In this document: positions 28,858-41,310 of the stretch, one piece after another
How positions within the stretch are numbered: the first letter of the stretch is position 1
Layout of the letters: every line of letters starts with the position of its first letter
Source: an uncultured Acidobacteriota bacterium
GTDB taxonomy: Bacteria; Acidobacteriota; UBA6911
NCBI GenBank assembly: GCA_963827655.1
Contig: CAWHCF010000036.1
Coordinates: 160,001-224,000, forward strand
DNA length: 64,000 nucleotides
Reading direction: 5' to 3'
Notes under the pieces: generated by a model
What the model was told of the DNA's origin: nothing
Seen by the model: the letters and a program-made list of their open reading frames with translations, nothing else
The model's database searches: none
Position numbers and translations under genes: made by a program

Positions 28858-30186
28858 ATGGCCTCTTTACCTGCTCCGATACAACGCGACGCCCACGGCA
28901 AGGCCCTGGCGCTGAACCTCGATGTCTCTATCTACGGCACGCTGGCAGAAATCGGCGCAGGCCAGGAGGTGGCGCGCTGGTTCCTCAGTGTCGGCGCAGC
29001 GTCAGGCACGGTTGCGAAATCGGTTTCCGCCTACGACAAGATGGTTAGCGACGACATCTATGGCGCTGGCACGCGCTATGTCTCGAAAGAGCGCCTCCTG
29101 GCCATGCTCGACTGTGAGTACAAAAATCTGCTGGACCAGCTCAACCCGGCTCGTGGCAAGGATACGCGCTTCTTCGTCTTTGCCGATACTGTCGCCGCTC
29201 GCAACTACCAGGGCACCAATCAGCAGCACGGATGGCTTGGTATTCGCTTCCAAACCGAGCCCGGCTCCCAACCCAGCCAGATGCTCCTGCACGTCAACCT
29301 TCGCGATTCGACGGCACAACTGCAGCAGCAGACCATCGGGATTCTGGGCGTGAACCTGGTATATGCCGCGTTTCACCAGAGATCGGACATCGAGTCTTTT
29401 CTCGCAGGGCTGTTCGACGAGCTCTCCATCGCGCGTATCGAGATCGACGTGATCGAGTTCAACGGCCCGGCGTTTGCGGACCAGGACGCGCGCGCGTGGT
29501 GCCTGGCTCTGCTGCGCCGCCAGATGACCCATGCCGTCGTCTTCGATAGCCAGGGAAAAGTTGTAGAGCCCTCGAGCGTGCTACGTAAGCGGCCCCTGCT
29601 TGTGATGCGCGGCCGCTTCAGCCATCCCGAACTTTTTGACCCCGGCCTGTTTCAAGCCGCGAGCCAGCAGCTGCTTGCCGAAGGGACACCGTTTGAGCGC
29701 CAGCCGGCCACACTGCTTGAAATGACGATTCACCACGTCAGCCGCGACGAGACCCTTGCCGCACCTGAGATGCTGTCATGCATCCAGCAACTGACGCCCC
29801 GCGGGTTTGTGATCGTCACCGACTATCCGGAAACTTATCTGCTGAGCGATTATCTTCGGCGTCACTCCACCGAACCAGTACGGTTCATCATGGGTGTCGC
29901 AGCAGCAGCAAAAACTTTGCACGAAGCCTTTTACCAGACTCTACCGGGAGCGCTGCTGGAAGGCGTCGGCAGACTGCTCGCGACAAATGTGAAGCTTTAT
30001 GTTGCGCCCATGCCACGGGAGGCCTTCAACGCCGCGGTTGGAGATTTGTCAGGCACCCTCATGGTGAAAGAGTCAGGCAAGAGCCTGGTGACTTTGGACG
30101 ACCTGATGCCTTCCGTACCAGGTCTTCATCTTTTCGAGTATCTGCGCTCCTCCGGCCGGATCGTTGCCCTCGAGAGGGCGCCCTAG
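28858..30186 (+). CDS. Putative nicotinate/NMN adenylyltransferase-like protein of uncertain function
   Basis: KALALNLD..IYGTLAEIGAGQEVARWF..G.ASGTVAKSVSAYD family signature; degenerate RGRF motif. Confidence 0.7.
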   Translation: MASLPAPIQRDAHGKALALNLDVSIYGTLAEIGAGQEVARWFLSVGAASGTVAKSVSAYDKMVSDDIYGAGTRYVSKERLLAMLDCEYKNLLDQLNPARGKDTRFFVFADTVAARNYQGTNQQHGWLGIRFQTEPGSQPSQMLLHVNLRDSTAQLQQQTIGILGVNLVYAAFHQRSDIESFLAGLFDELSIARIEIDVIEFNGPAFADQDARAWCLALLRRQMTHAVVFDSQGKVVEPSSVLRKRPLLVMRGRFSHPELFDPGLFQAASQQLLAEGTPFERQPATLLEMTIHHVSRDETLAAPEMLSCIQQLTPRGFVIVTDYPETYLLSDYLRRHSTEPVRFIMGVAAAAKTLHEAFYQTLPGALLEGVGRLLATNVKLYVAPMPREAFNAAVGDLSGTLMVKESGKSLVTLDDLMPSVPGLHLFEYLRSSGRIVALERAP

Positions 30187-30281
30187 CTGTGTAAGTGACC
30201 GCTAGCGGCCAGTGGCGGTCACTCGGCTATGACAGGTGGCAATAGCGCCTCGGGATGGCCCGCTCTGGACTAGAACGAACC

Positions 30282-31349
30282 ATGCCTCTCTGGACCTGGC
30301 TTATCCCTGTGTTGTCGCTCGCTTTGCTCATTGCGGCGCTCGCAGTGGGCGTGGGAACGTTGCTTGCCGTGCTGTGCGGCGTCGCTCTGGCAGGGGCGGT
30401 CATCGCAGCGGTCCACCACGCCGAAGTCGTCGCGCATCGCGTGGGCGAGCCCCTTGGCACGCTCGTACTTGCCGTGGCCGTGACCGCGATTGAGACCGCG
30501 CTCATACTGTCGATGATGATTGCAGGCGGCGATGATATGGCGGTCCTGCCGCGCGACGCGATCTACGCTGCCGTGATGATCATCTGCAACGGCGTCATAG
30601 GCATATGCGTTCTGCTGGGCGGTCTTGCGCACCGTGAGCAGACCTTCCGCGTCGAGGGGGCTGGAGCAGGGCTTGCCGCGCTGATCGTGATGTCGACGCT
30701 CACGCTCGTCCTGCCGGTGTTTACGACAACCTCGGGTGCCGGCACTTACAGCAGCTCGCAACTTGCGTTCGTGGCGGTGACTTCGGCCGCGCTCTGGGCG
30801 ATCTTCATCTTCATTCAGACCGTCCGCCATCGGGACTATTTCATTCCCGTGACCAATGCGGCCAACCCGGAGGTGCACGCCGAGCCGCCGTCGACCCGGG
30901 AGGCATGGGCGAGCTTCGGGTTACTCCTGGTCTCGCTCATTGCGGTCGTGGGCCTGGCCAAGATGCTCTCGCCCACAATCGAGCAGGCGGTCGAGGCGGC
31001 CAATGCGCCCAGGGGCGTGGTCGGAATCGTGATCGCCGCGCTGGTCCTGCTACCGGAAACGTGGGCCGCGGTGCGCGCTGCCCGGGCGGATCGTCTTCAG
31101 AGCAGCATGAATCTTGCGGTCGGCTCCGCGCTCGCATGCATTGGCCTCACTGTTCCCGTGGTGGTGCTGGCGTCGATCGCTTTCGACCTACCCCTGGTCT
31201 TGGGCCTGGAGCCCAAGGATATGGCGATGCTCGCGCTGACATTCCTGGTGAGCGCTGTCACCCTCGGGACCGGTCGCACTTACATGATGCAGGGGGCAGT
31301 GCATCTGGTGCTCTTTGCGGCGTTCCTGTTGCTCGCGTTCGTGCCTTAA
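30282..31349 (+). CDS. chaA: Ca2+/H+ antiporter (CaCA family, ChaA-like)
   Basis: AVHHAEVVAHRVGEPLGTLVLAVAVTAIE, LLPE...A...LQSSMNLAVGS alpha repeats. Confidence 0.88.
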   Translation: MPLWTWLIPVLSLALLIAALAVGVGTLLAVLCGVALAGAVIAAVHHAEVVAHRVGEPLGTLVLAVAVTAIETALILSMMIAGGDDMAVLPRDAIYAAVMIICNGVIGICVLLGGLAHREQTFRVEGAGAGLAALIVMSTLTLVLPVFTTTSGAGTYSSSQLAFVAVTSAALWAIFIFIQTVRHRDYFIPVTNAANPEVHAEPPSTREAWASFGLLLVSLIAVVGLAKMLSPTIEQAVEAANAPRGVVGIVIAALVLLPETWAAVRAARADRLQSSMNLAVGSALACIGLTVPVVVLASIAFDLPLVLGLEPKDMAMLALTFLVSAVTLGTGRTYMMQGAVHLVLFAAFLLLAFVP

Positions 31350-31486
31350 GGGCTCGCGCAGAAATAACTTCACATTCTGGCGCGAGAATCGGTGGTCAAT
31401 CATGAACCGGTTTTCGTTCGCTAAGCAGCTGAGGATCGCGCCCCTTCGGGCTGCAGCAGAATGCGAACTTATTTCTGCGCGAACCC
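31350..31486. mobile_element. MITE copy B (137 bp) with TAA target-site duplication
   Basis: 30-bp TIRs GGGCTCGCGCAGAAATAACTTCACATTCTG / CAGAATGCGAACTTATTTCTGCGCGAACCC; TAA at 31347-49 and 31487-89. Confidence 0.88.
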
Positions 31487-31579
31487 TAAGTTCGGAGCTG
31501 CAGAAGAGCCGCAACGATCGCCTGTGCCTGTATGAGCGTCCAGAGCTTCTCCGCCCGCCAGCGCCGGTAAGAATCCGAT

Positions 31580-33010
<1,431 letters not shown>

Positions 33011-33095
33011 CACGAAAACTCCTTCAATCCCATTGGCCGTGACCAGATCGGTCGCGGTGTGTCTGCATTGAGTACGGTCCTTCAAGCCTCGCCGA

Positions 33096-34775
33096 CTAGG
33101 CGCCCATCTGCCACGTACGGCCTGGCGTAGACGCCAGTAACTTCATGAGCGCATCGTGGTCGACCGGCTTTAACAGGTGGGCATCGAAACCGGCCTCGCG
33201 AGTCCGTTCGCGGTCCTGCTCCTGGCCCCAGCCCGTCAGCGCAATCAGCACCATGTCCTTGCCCCACGCCTGCTGGCGTATCTGGCGCGCGGCGTCGTAG
33301 CCGTTCAAATTCGGCATACCGATATCGAGCAACACCACCTGGGGCAGGAGCTTTGCGGCCGCTTCCACTGCTTCGAGGCCGTCGTGCGCCATCTTGACTT
33401 CATAGCCGGTCAGTTGCAGCAACAATGCCAGCGACTCCGCTGAATCGTGGTTGTCGTCCACGACCAGAACGAGGCGGGTGGTTGCAGGCTGTTCGCGCTG
33501 TCGACTCGGCTCTTGCGGCAGAGCGGACACGGCCGATTCGGCCAGGACGGGCAGGCGAACGATGAACTCGCTTCCCTGGTTGATACCGGCGCTGTGCACT
33601 TCCACGATTCCGCCATGCATCTCGACCAGGCGCCGCACCAGGGTGAGGCCGATGCCCAGCCCGCCCTGGGACCGCTCCAGCGAACGATCCGCCTGATAGA
33701 ACGTTTCGAATATACGGGGCAGGTGCTCGGGCGCGATGCCGACGCCGGTGTCCTTGACCCGGATGACCACTTCTCTGTCATCCCTTGTTTCTTTCTCCGA
33801 GGGAAGAGTACTGGATGCTGAAGGGACCAGCTCAACGCTCAGCCAGACGCTGCCCCCATGCGGTGTGTACCGGGTCGCATTGTTGAGCAGGTTTATCAAT
33901 ACCTGGGTCAGGCGAACCACGTCGACGCTCACGCAAACCGGGTCCGGCGGCAGCCTGAGGCTGACTTTATGGCCCCGCTTGTCGATGAGCGGGCGCGTCG
34001 ATTCCACCGCGCCTCTGACGATCTCGGCCAGTTCGGCAGGCTCTCTGCGGAGTTCCAGCTGGTTTCGGGTAATGCGGCTGACGTCCAGAAGGTCGTCAAT
34101 CAGACGGGTCAGGTGGTCCAGCTGCCGATCTATCACCTCCCGGCTCCATTTAAGCTCGGGGTCAGGCGATTCCTTGAGACCAAGCACTTCTATGGCGTTT
34201 CGCATGGGAGCCAGCGGGTTGCGCAGCTCGTGAGCCAGTGTCGCTAAGAACTCATCCTTACGCCGGTCAGCCTCCCTGAGGGCTTCCTCACTGTGTCGCA
34301 GGCGCGTTGTGGTCGCTTCCAGATCCGCGGTCCTTTCTGCAACCCGCTGCTCGAGCTCGCGATTCAGCCGTTCCAACTGCTGCGTCTTGCGATACAAATC
34401 CGCGAACACGCCGACCTTGGCTCGCAGGATTTCCGGAATGACCGGCACCGGAACGTAGTCCACGGCGCCGCATTCGTACCCCCTGAGCCGGTCGAGGTCC
34501 GTCAGATGGACGGCGGAAATGAAGATAATCGCAGTCTTCTGGAACCGGGGGTGCTCTCGGATCATGGACGCCAGTTCAAAACCGTCGAGCTCCGGCATGC
34601 ACACGTCGACGAGAACCACGGCAACATCCGTCTTCAACAGGTGCTCCAGGGCTTCCCGCGCCGAGCCGGCCTTGATCAGGTTCGCTCCCAGACTGCCGAG
34701 AATGGTCTCATAGGTGAGGAGCTTGGCCGGCTGATCATCGACCAGCAGGATGTTGATGTTGTCGTTGCTCGTCAT
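33096..34775 (-). CDS. Hybrid REC-HisKA-HATPase-REC protein (OsaB-like N-terminus)
   Basis: ILLVDD, GAVDYV, LAHELRNPL, GGLGIGL, C-terminal VVDD...LLDIGMP. Confidence 0.92.
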   Translation of the reverse strand: MTSNDNINILLVDDQPAKLLTYETILGSLGANLIKAGSAREALEHLLKTDVAVVLVDVCMPELDGFELASMIREHPRFQKTAIIFISAVHLTDLDRLRGYECGAVDYVPVPVIPEILRAKVGVFADLYRKTQQLERLNRELEQRVAERTADLEATTTRLRHSEEALREADRRKDEFLATLAHELRNPLAPMRNAIEVLGLKESPDPELKWSREVIDRQLDHLTRLIDDLLDVSRITRNQLELRREPAELAEIVRGAVESTRPLIDKRGHKVSLRLPPDPVCVSVDVVRLTQVLINLLNNATRYTPHGGSVWLSVELVPSASSTLPSEKETRDDREVVIRVKDTGVGIAPEHLPRIFETFYQADRSLERSQGGLGIGLTLVRRLVEMHGGIVEVHSAGINQGSEFIVRLPVLAESAVSALPQEPSRQREQPATTRLVLVVDDNHDSAESLALLLQLTGYEVKMAHDGLEAVEAAAKLLPQVVLLDIGMPNLNGYDAARQIRQQAWGKDMVLIALTGWGQEQDRERTREAGFDAHLLKPVDHDALMKLLASTPGRTWQMGA

Positions 34776-34789
34776 GGCGTCCCTCGGAA

Positions 34790-37700
34790 CTAGCGGTGCA
34801 GGCACATGCGCAGCGCCGATAACAATTGTTCGGTGTTGACCGGTTTTGCCAGGTAGTCGGAAGCCCCGGCTTCCAGGCATTTCTCGCGATCGCCTTTCAT
34901 GGCTTTGGCGGTAAGGGCGATGATCGGCAGGCGCCGGAAGGACGCGTTCTGACGAATCACCTGCATGGTCTGAAAGCCGTCCATCTCCGGCATCATGATG
35001 TCCATCAGCACAACGGCCAGGTCAGGGGTGCGTTCGAGGATCTCGACCGCCTCGCGGCCGGTGGTCGCCGTGAGCACCGTCATACCGCGACGCTCCAGCA
35101 CGCTGCTCAAAGCGAAGATGTTCCGCACGTCATCATCGACGACAAGCACCGGCTTGCCCACCAGGTCTTCGTCGGAGCGGTGCAGCCGGTCGAGCATCTC
35201 CCGCTTGTCCGACGGCAGTTCGGTCACGATCCGGTGCAGGAACAACGCCGTTTCATCCAGCAGCCGTTCGGGCGATTCGACGCCCTTGACGACCACGCTC
35301 CGGGCCATCGTATGCAGCCGAGCGTCCTCTTCCGGCGACAACTCCTTGCCGGTGAAGACCACCACCGGTAGATCGCGCAGCGCGTGGTCATCGCGGATGC
35401 GCTCCAGCACTTCGAAGCCCGACATGTCCGGCAGACGCAGGTCAAGAACCGCACAGTCGACACCGCTGGCCGTGTAGAGCATCCAGGGCCTCCGCGCCCG
35501 TACCGGCGTGTGAGAATGTCGATATCACTATGAGCCAGCAACTCCGTTATGCTCAACTGCTCGGCGGCATCATCTTCCACCACCAGCAGGCGCTTGCGGC
35601 GGCGCGTGGCGTAGTCCTTGATCCGGGACAGGGCGGCCTGCAGGCCCTCGGTTGTGGTGGGCTTGGTTACGAAGGCGAAAGCCCCGCGGGACAGTCCGTC
35701 CTGCCGGTCTTCGTCCAGCGTGATGATCTGCACCGGGATGTGCCGGGTGGCCGGATCCTGCTTCAGTTGACTCAGGACCGTCCAGCCGAGCATATCGGGC
35801 AGGAAGATGTCCAGCGAGACTGCCGCCGGCCGGAACTGGCGGACGAGATCGAGGCCTTCAGCGCCACGCGCGGCCACCAGTACTTTGAACCCCTGTTCAT
35901 GGGCCAGGTCGACCAGCGCGCGGGCATAATGCGGGTCGTCCTCGACAATCAACAACGGTGGCATCTTCGGGCTGCAAGTTGTCACGGTCGTCCAGGACCT
36001 TCTCGGCCGGGCGTTCGGGCAAGCGCACCGCCGGGAATCCCGCAGATTGGCGACGGAGCGCTCTTTCGCCCTTGGTCCGAATGATAATGGACGGCCCGGC
36101 GTAGCGTTGCGGCAGGAAGAGCGTAAACGCGCTGCCCGCGCCCGGTGTACTCCGCAACTGGATTTCGCCGCCCAGCAGGTTGGCGAGCTCCCGGCTGATG
36201 GCCAACCCCAGCCCGGTCCCTCCATACTTCCGGTTCGTGCTTGCGTCGGCTTGCTGGAAGGCCTCAAAAACGATCTTCTGTTTTTCAGGCAGGATACCGA
36301 TGCCCGTATCCGAGACCTCGAAGGCTACGACTGTCGTCGCCCCTTTGAGGACCGGGTGGTCGGGGTTCCAACCGGATGTGGCAGCCGAGACGTTCAGTCG
36401 CACTCCGCCGTGCTCGGTAAACTTGAACGCGTTCGACAACAAGTTCTTCAGCACCTGCTGCAGACGCTTCGAGTCGGTGAAGATGCTGCGGCCCAGGTGG
36501 GAATCCACAGTTGCTTCGAACGAGAGCCGGCGGCTTTCGGCCTCGTGACGGAAAGTACGCCCCACCGCCTCCAGCAGATTGGCGATGAGGACATCCTCCG
36601 CATCCACCGTAACGGTGCCGGATTCGATCTTCGAGAGATCGAGGATGTCCGTAATCAGGTTCAACAGGTCGGACCCTGCGCCGTGGATGGTGCGGGCAAA
36701 CTCGACCTGCTTGGCCGTCAGGTTGCCCTCGGGGTTGTCGCTGAGCTGCTGGCCCAGGATCAGAATGCTGTTGAGCGGGGTCCTCAACTCGTGCGACATG
36801 TTGGCCAGGAACTCTGACTTGTATTTGGAGGTCAGTGCCAGCTCGGCGGCTTTCTCTTCGAGCGCCCCGCGGGCTTGCTCGATTTGCTGATTCTTGCGCT
36901 CGACCTCGGCGTTCTGCTCGGCGAGCTGTTGTGCCTTCTGGGCCAGCTGGTCATTGGTCTGCTGCAACTCCCTTTGCTGCGCTTGCAGCTCGGCGGCCAG
37001 TTGCTGCGATTGCTTCAGCAGTCCTTCGGTCTGCATCGTGGCCTCGATGCTGTTGAGCACGATGCCGATGCTGGCGGTCAGCTGTTCCAAAAACACCAGA
37101 TGGGAGGGAGCGAAGTCGTTCAGCGAGGCCAGCCCCAGCACGGCCTTGAGCTGATCCTCGAAGACCACGGGGAACACGACGACGCTGCGGGGCACGGCGT
37201 TGAAGAATACGGAACCGACCGATATGGTGTCGGGCGGAACTTTCGTCACCAGGATGCGCCGCCGGTCTGCCGCGCATTGCCCGAGAAACCCCTGACCCAA
37301 CTCGAGCCGTGAGGGATAGCCGTTGCCGTGCGCATTGCCATAGCTGGCCAGCATCCGCAGATGGGGCTCACCTTCAGTAGACATCTGATAGATGAGGCCC
37401 TGATGGGCGTTAACCAGCGGCACAAGTTCGGACAGTAGCATTTTGCCGACATTGGCCAGATCGCGCTGGCCCTGCAGCATGCCGGTAAACCGCGCCAGGT
37501 TAGTCTTGAGCCAATCCTGTTCGGTGTTGCGATCGGTAGTGAGCCGCAGGTTACCGATCATCGTGTTGATGTTGTCCTTCAGCTCGGCGACCTCGCCGCG
37601 GGCCTGAACCTGGATGGAACGGGTCAGGTCGCCCTTAGTCACAGCCGTGGCGACCTCGGCAATGGCGCGCACCTGCGTGGTCAGGTTGGCGGCGAGCAGA

Positions 37701-40231
37701 TTGACGTTGGCGGTGAGGTCTTTCCAGGTGCCGGCCGCGCCGGGTACGTTGGCCTGCCCGCCCAGCCTCCCTTCCACGCCCACTTCGCGGGCTACAGTCG
37801 TTACCTGATCGGCGAAGATGGCCAGCGTGTCGGTCACGCTGTTGATCGTGCCGGCCAGCGCAGCGACTTCTCCCTTGGATTCGACCATGAGCTTCTGCTG
37901 CAGGTCGCCATTGGCCACGGCGGTCACTACCTTGACGATGCCCCGGACCTGGTTGGTGAGGTTGGCAGCCATGACGTTTACGTTGTCGGTCAGATCTTTC
38001 CAGGTGCCTGCCACCCCCTTGACCTCGGCCTGGCCGCCCAGTTTCCCTTCCGTCCCCACCTCGCGGGCCACGCGCGTCACCTCGGCGGCAAACGCATTAA
38101 GCTGGTCGACCATGGTGTTAATCGTGTTTTTCAGCTCCAGGATTTCGCCCTTCACGTCCACCGTGATCTTGCGCGACAGGTCGCCGCGCGCCACGGCCGT
38201 GGTCACTTCGGCGATGTTGCGCACCTGGGCCGTGAGGTTATTGGCCATCGAGTTCACGCTGTCGGTCAAGTCCTTCCAGGTTCCGGCCACGCCGAGCACC
38301 TGAGCCTGTCCGCCGAGCCGTCCTTCGGTGCCCACCTCGCGCGCCACACGGGTAACTTCCGAGGCGAATGCGTTTAGCTGGTCGACCATTGTATTTATCG
38401 TATTCTTCAGCTCGAGAATCTCGCCGCTGACAGCCACGGTGATCTTCTTGGAGAGGTCGCCGCGCGCGATAGCCGTGGCGACGTCGGCTATGTTGCGCAC
38501 CTGGCCCGTCAAGTTGCCGGCCATCGAGTTAACGTTGTCGGTAAGGTCCTTCCACGTTCCGGCCACTCCCGGGACTTGAGCCTGCCCGCCGAGCTTGCCT
38601 TCGGTACCCACCTCGCGGGCCACGCGCGTCACCTCCGACGCGAAGGCGTTGAGTTGATCCACCATGGTGTTGATGGTGTTCTTCAGCTCGAGAATTTCGC
38701 CACGCACATCGACGGTGATTTTGCGCGATAGATCGCCACGGGCCACAGCGGTAGTCACCTCGGCGATGTTGCGCACCTGGGACGTGAGATTGCCGGCCAT
38801 GGCGTTGACGCTGTCGGTCAGGTCCTTCCATGTTCCGGCCACACCAGCAACACCGCCTGCCCGCCCAGCTTGCCATCCGTGCCGACCTCGCGGGCCACGC
38901 GCGTCACTTCGCTGGCAAACGACCGCAACTGGTCCACCATCGTGTTGATGGCTTCCTTCAGCTGCAGAATCTCGCCGCGCACGTCGGCGGTGATCTTGCG
39001 TGACAGGTCACCGCTGGCCACCGCGATAGTTACGTCGGCGATGTTGCGGACTTGAGTCGTCAGGTTTCCCGCCATCGAGTTGACACTGTCGGTGAGGTCT
39101 TTCCATGTACCTGCTACGCCCGGCACCTGCGCCTGCCCGCCGAGTCGCCCTTCGGTGCCTACCTCGCGCGCCACACGCGTAACCTCGCCGGCAAACGCGT
39201 TGAGCTGGTCGACCATCGTATTGATCGTGTTCTTCAGCTCCAGGATTTCACCCTTTACGTCCACCGCGATCTTCCGTGACAAGTCCCCGCGAGCGACGGC
39301 CGTCGTCACCTGAGCGATGTTCCGCACCTGGTCGGTCAGGTTGCCGCACATGGCATTGACCGAGTCGGTCAAATCCTTCCAGGTTCCGGCCACGCCGGGA
39401 ACGATCGCTTGCCCGCCCAGTTTGCCATCCGTGCCGACCTCGCGGGCCACGCGCGTCACTTCGCTCGCAAACGAGCGCAGCTGATCCACCATCGTGTTGA
39501 TGGCTTCCTTCAGCTGCAGAATTTCGCCTCGCACGTCCACAGTGATCTTCTTGGAGAGGTCCCCGTTGGCCACCGCGATAGTCACGTCGGCGATGTTGCG
39601 GACCTGAGCCGTCAAGTTTCCCGCCATCGAGTTGACGCTGTCGGTAAGGTCTTTCCAAGCGCCGCTTACCTCGCGAACCTGCGCCTGCCCGCCGAGCTTG
39701 CCGTCGGTCCCGACTTCGCGCGCCACACGAGTGACCTCGGAGGTAAACACGCCGAGTTGCTGGATCATCGAGTTGACAATGGTGGCCGAGCGCAGGAACT
39801 CCCCTTCGAGCGCCCGTCCGTCCACGTCCGAGGCGCACGGTTTGCAGCAGGTCACCCTGGGATACGGCCAGGATGGCCCGGGTGATTTCCCTGGTGGGCC
39901 AGAGCAGGTCGCTGATGAGCGTATTGAGCGAGGCTTCCATCTCGCCCCATGCTCCGGTGGGCCGGCCAAAACTGACGCGGTGGCGTGTCTTCCCTTCCTT
40001 ACCCAGGACCTTCCCGACGCGCTCCAGTTCCTGAGCCATTCTCCCGTTGGTGGCGATGATTTCATTGAACGTGTCGGCGATCTTTCCGCCCAGCCCCGTC
40101 CAATCGCCCGGCAGCCGCGCGGAAAAGTCCCCGTCGCGCACGCGCTGGAGGGCATGGAGTAATTCGCGGAGGTCCAGGGGAGTTTGCGCCACAGCATCAT
40201 TGGCTTGCAGCAGTCTATCCTTTGCTTTCAT
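34790..40231 (-). CDS. Poly-HAMP hybrid histidine kinase (HAMP array, GAF, HisKA, HATPase, three REC), frameshifted
   Basis: Eight 92-aa G.WKDLT..VN repeats plus a degenerate one, [18 protein letters not shown], three receiver domains across five ORFs. Confidence 0.92.
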
Positions 40232-40463
40232 TCCCAAGTCCTGATATGTGTCTCGTAATGAATTACAGCGGCTTTCGGCTCATCCTGATCTGGTTCAGGT
40301 TAGAGAAACACACTGGAGGATTTTGTACCGTGAAAACACTAGGGCGACAAGTGAAATTCCCGCTGGAGAAGGCACTTCGACAGCAAGAGAGGCGTTCGCA
40401 ATTACGTTAATTTATTGGAATGCGGAAACGCCTGGACTCTGGCCATTCCGTGGCACGGCTCGC

Positions 40464-40667
40464 GCCCTGAAAGGGCGACGGAAACTAGCCGGGGGCAAGC
40501 GAAGCGCAGCCCCCGGTTTACACAAGAAAAGAGACGCGCCCCGGAGGGGCGCTGGACGCTGCCCTCTCAATGCTCCTGCGCCCCTGCAGGGCGCGTGGAC
40601 ATAATCCCGCAAACCCCGGGCTGCGCTTCGCTTGCCCGGGGCTAATTTCCGTCGCCCCTCCCGGGGC
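40464..40667. repeat. Long near-perfect hairpin (REPIN-like, family C)
   Basis: About 55-bp arms GGGCGACGGAAACTAGCC..GGGCAAGCGAAGCGCAGCCCC and its reverse complement, with an inner CCCC/GGGG hairpin pair. Confidence 0.85.
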
Positions 40668-40954
40668 AAAATCGCCAAGACCGATGGTTCTCCCTCGTTC
40701 CGATCCTCGAATAGCGCATCACCTCGCGCGAGCCTATCCAGTCGTGCGTAGTGCGTTACACGTGGTCTGCGCATTCATCGGTTGTTGCATAACCGCCGTG
40801 AACTACGCTCCTTCAGAGATTCAGGGCAAAAATCCCGGATCCTCTTGCTTCGCACAATTCCGCCAACCGAGGACTGCCCATCTCACGTCGACTCTCATCC
40901 GAGATCGACGCCTATGAATGCCGCGGCGTCCGGCGAAGCAATTTTGCCAAACCA

Positions 40955-40983
40955 AGGTGGCAGCAAGCTGCCGTACTCCAAAA
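40955..40983. repeat. Family B REP-like palindrome (inverted)
   Basis: GGCAGCAAGCTGCCGTACTCCAAAA. Confidence 0.6.
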
Positions 40984-41027
40984 TGCATCACCGCAATTGC
41001 GAAATTCGTTACTGGCGCAGCCTGCCG

Positions 41028-41223
41028 TTATTTTCTTCTTTGATGAAGACTTCTTGCGCGGCACCTTGGCACCCGCGCGCCGGGCCTGGGACAATCCGAT
41101 GGCGATCGCCTGCTTCCGGCTCTTTACCTTCTTGCCGGATCGTCCGCTCTTCAGAGTCCCTTTCTTTCGCTCGCGCATTGCCTTCTCGACCTTCTCAGAC
41201 GCTTTCTTGCCGTACTTAGCCAT
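41028..41223 (-). CDS. DUF6496-like small Lys/Arg-rich protein
   Basis: MAKYGKKASEKVEKAM.E.K.G.LKSGRSG.KV.SRKQAIAIGLS.AR..GAKVP; GGAGG RBS; stop probably shifted by an extra A in a run. Confidence 0.85.
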
Positions 41224-41265
41224 CACTGACCTCCTCGGAGTCGTTCGTCGTTCGGAGGACCTGGA

Positions 41266-41282
41266 TGCATCAATCGTGCCTG
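41266..41282 (-). promoter_or_regulatory. Sigma54 -24/-12 promoter
   Basis: Minus strand AGGCACGATTGATGCA, exact GG-N10-GC spacing, about 45 nt before the ATG. Confidence 0.6.
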
Positions 41283-41310
41283 TCAGGTTTTCCCGATTGA
41301 ACACCGGTCG

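Noticed and set aside
37600-39800. Regular 276-bp repeats that could suggest a CRISPR or satellite array
   Set aside because: They are coding HAMP repeats with synonymous variation and no unique spacers
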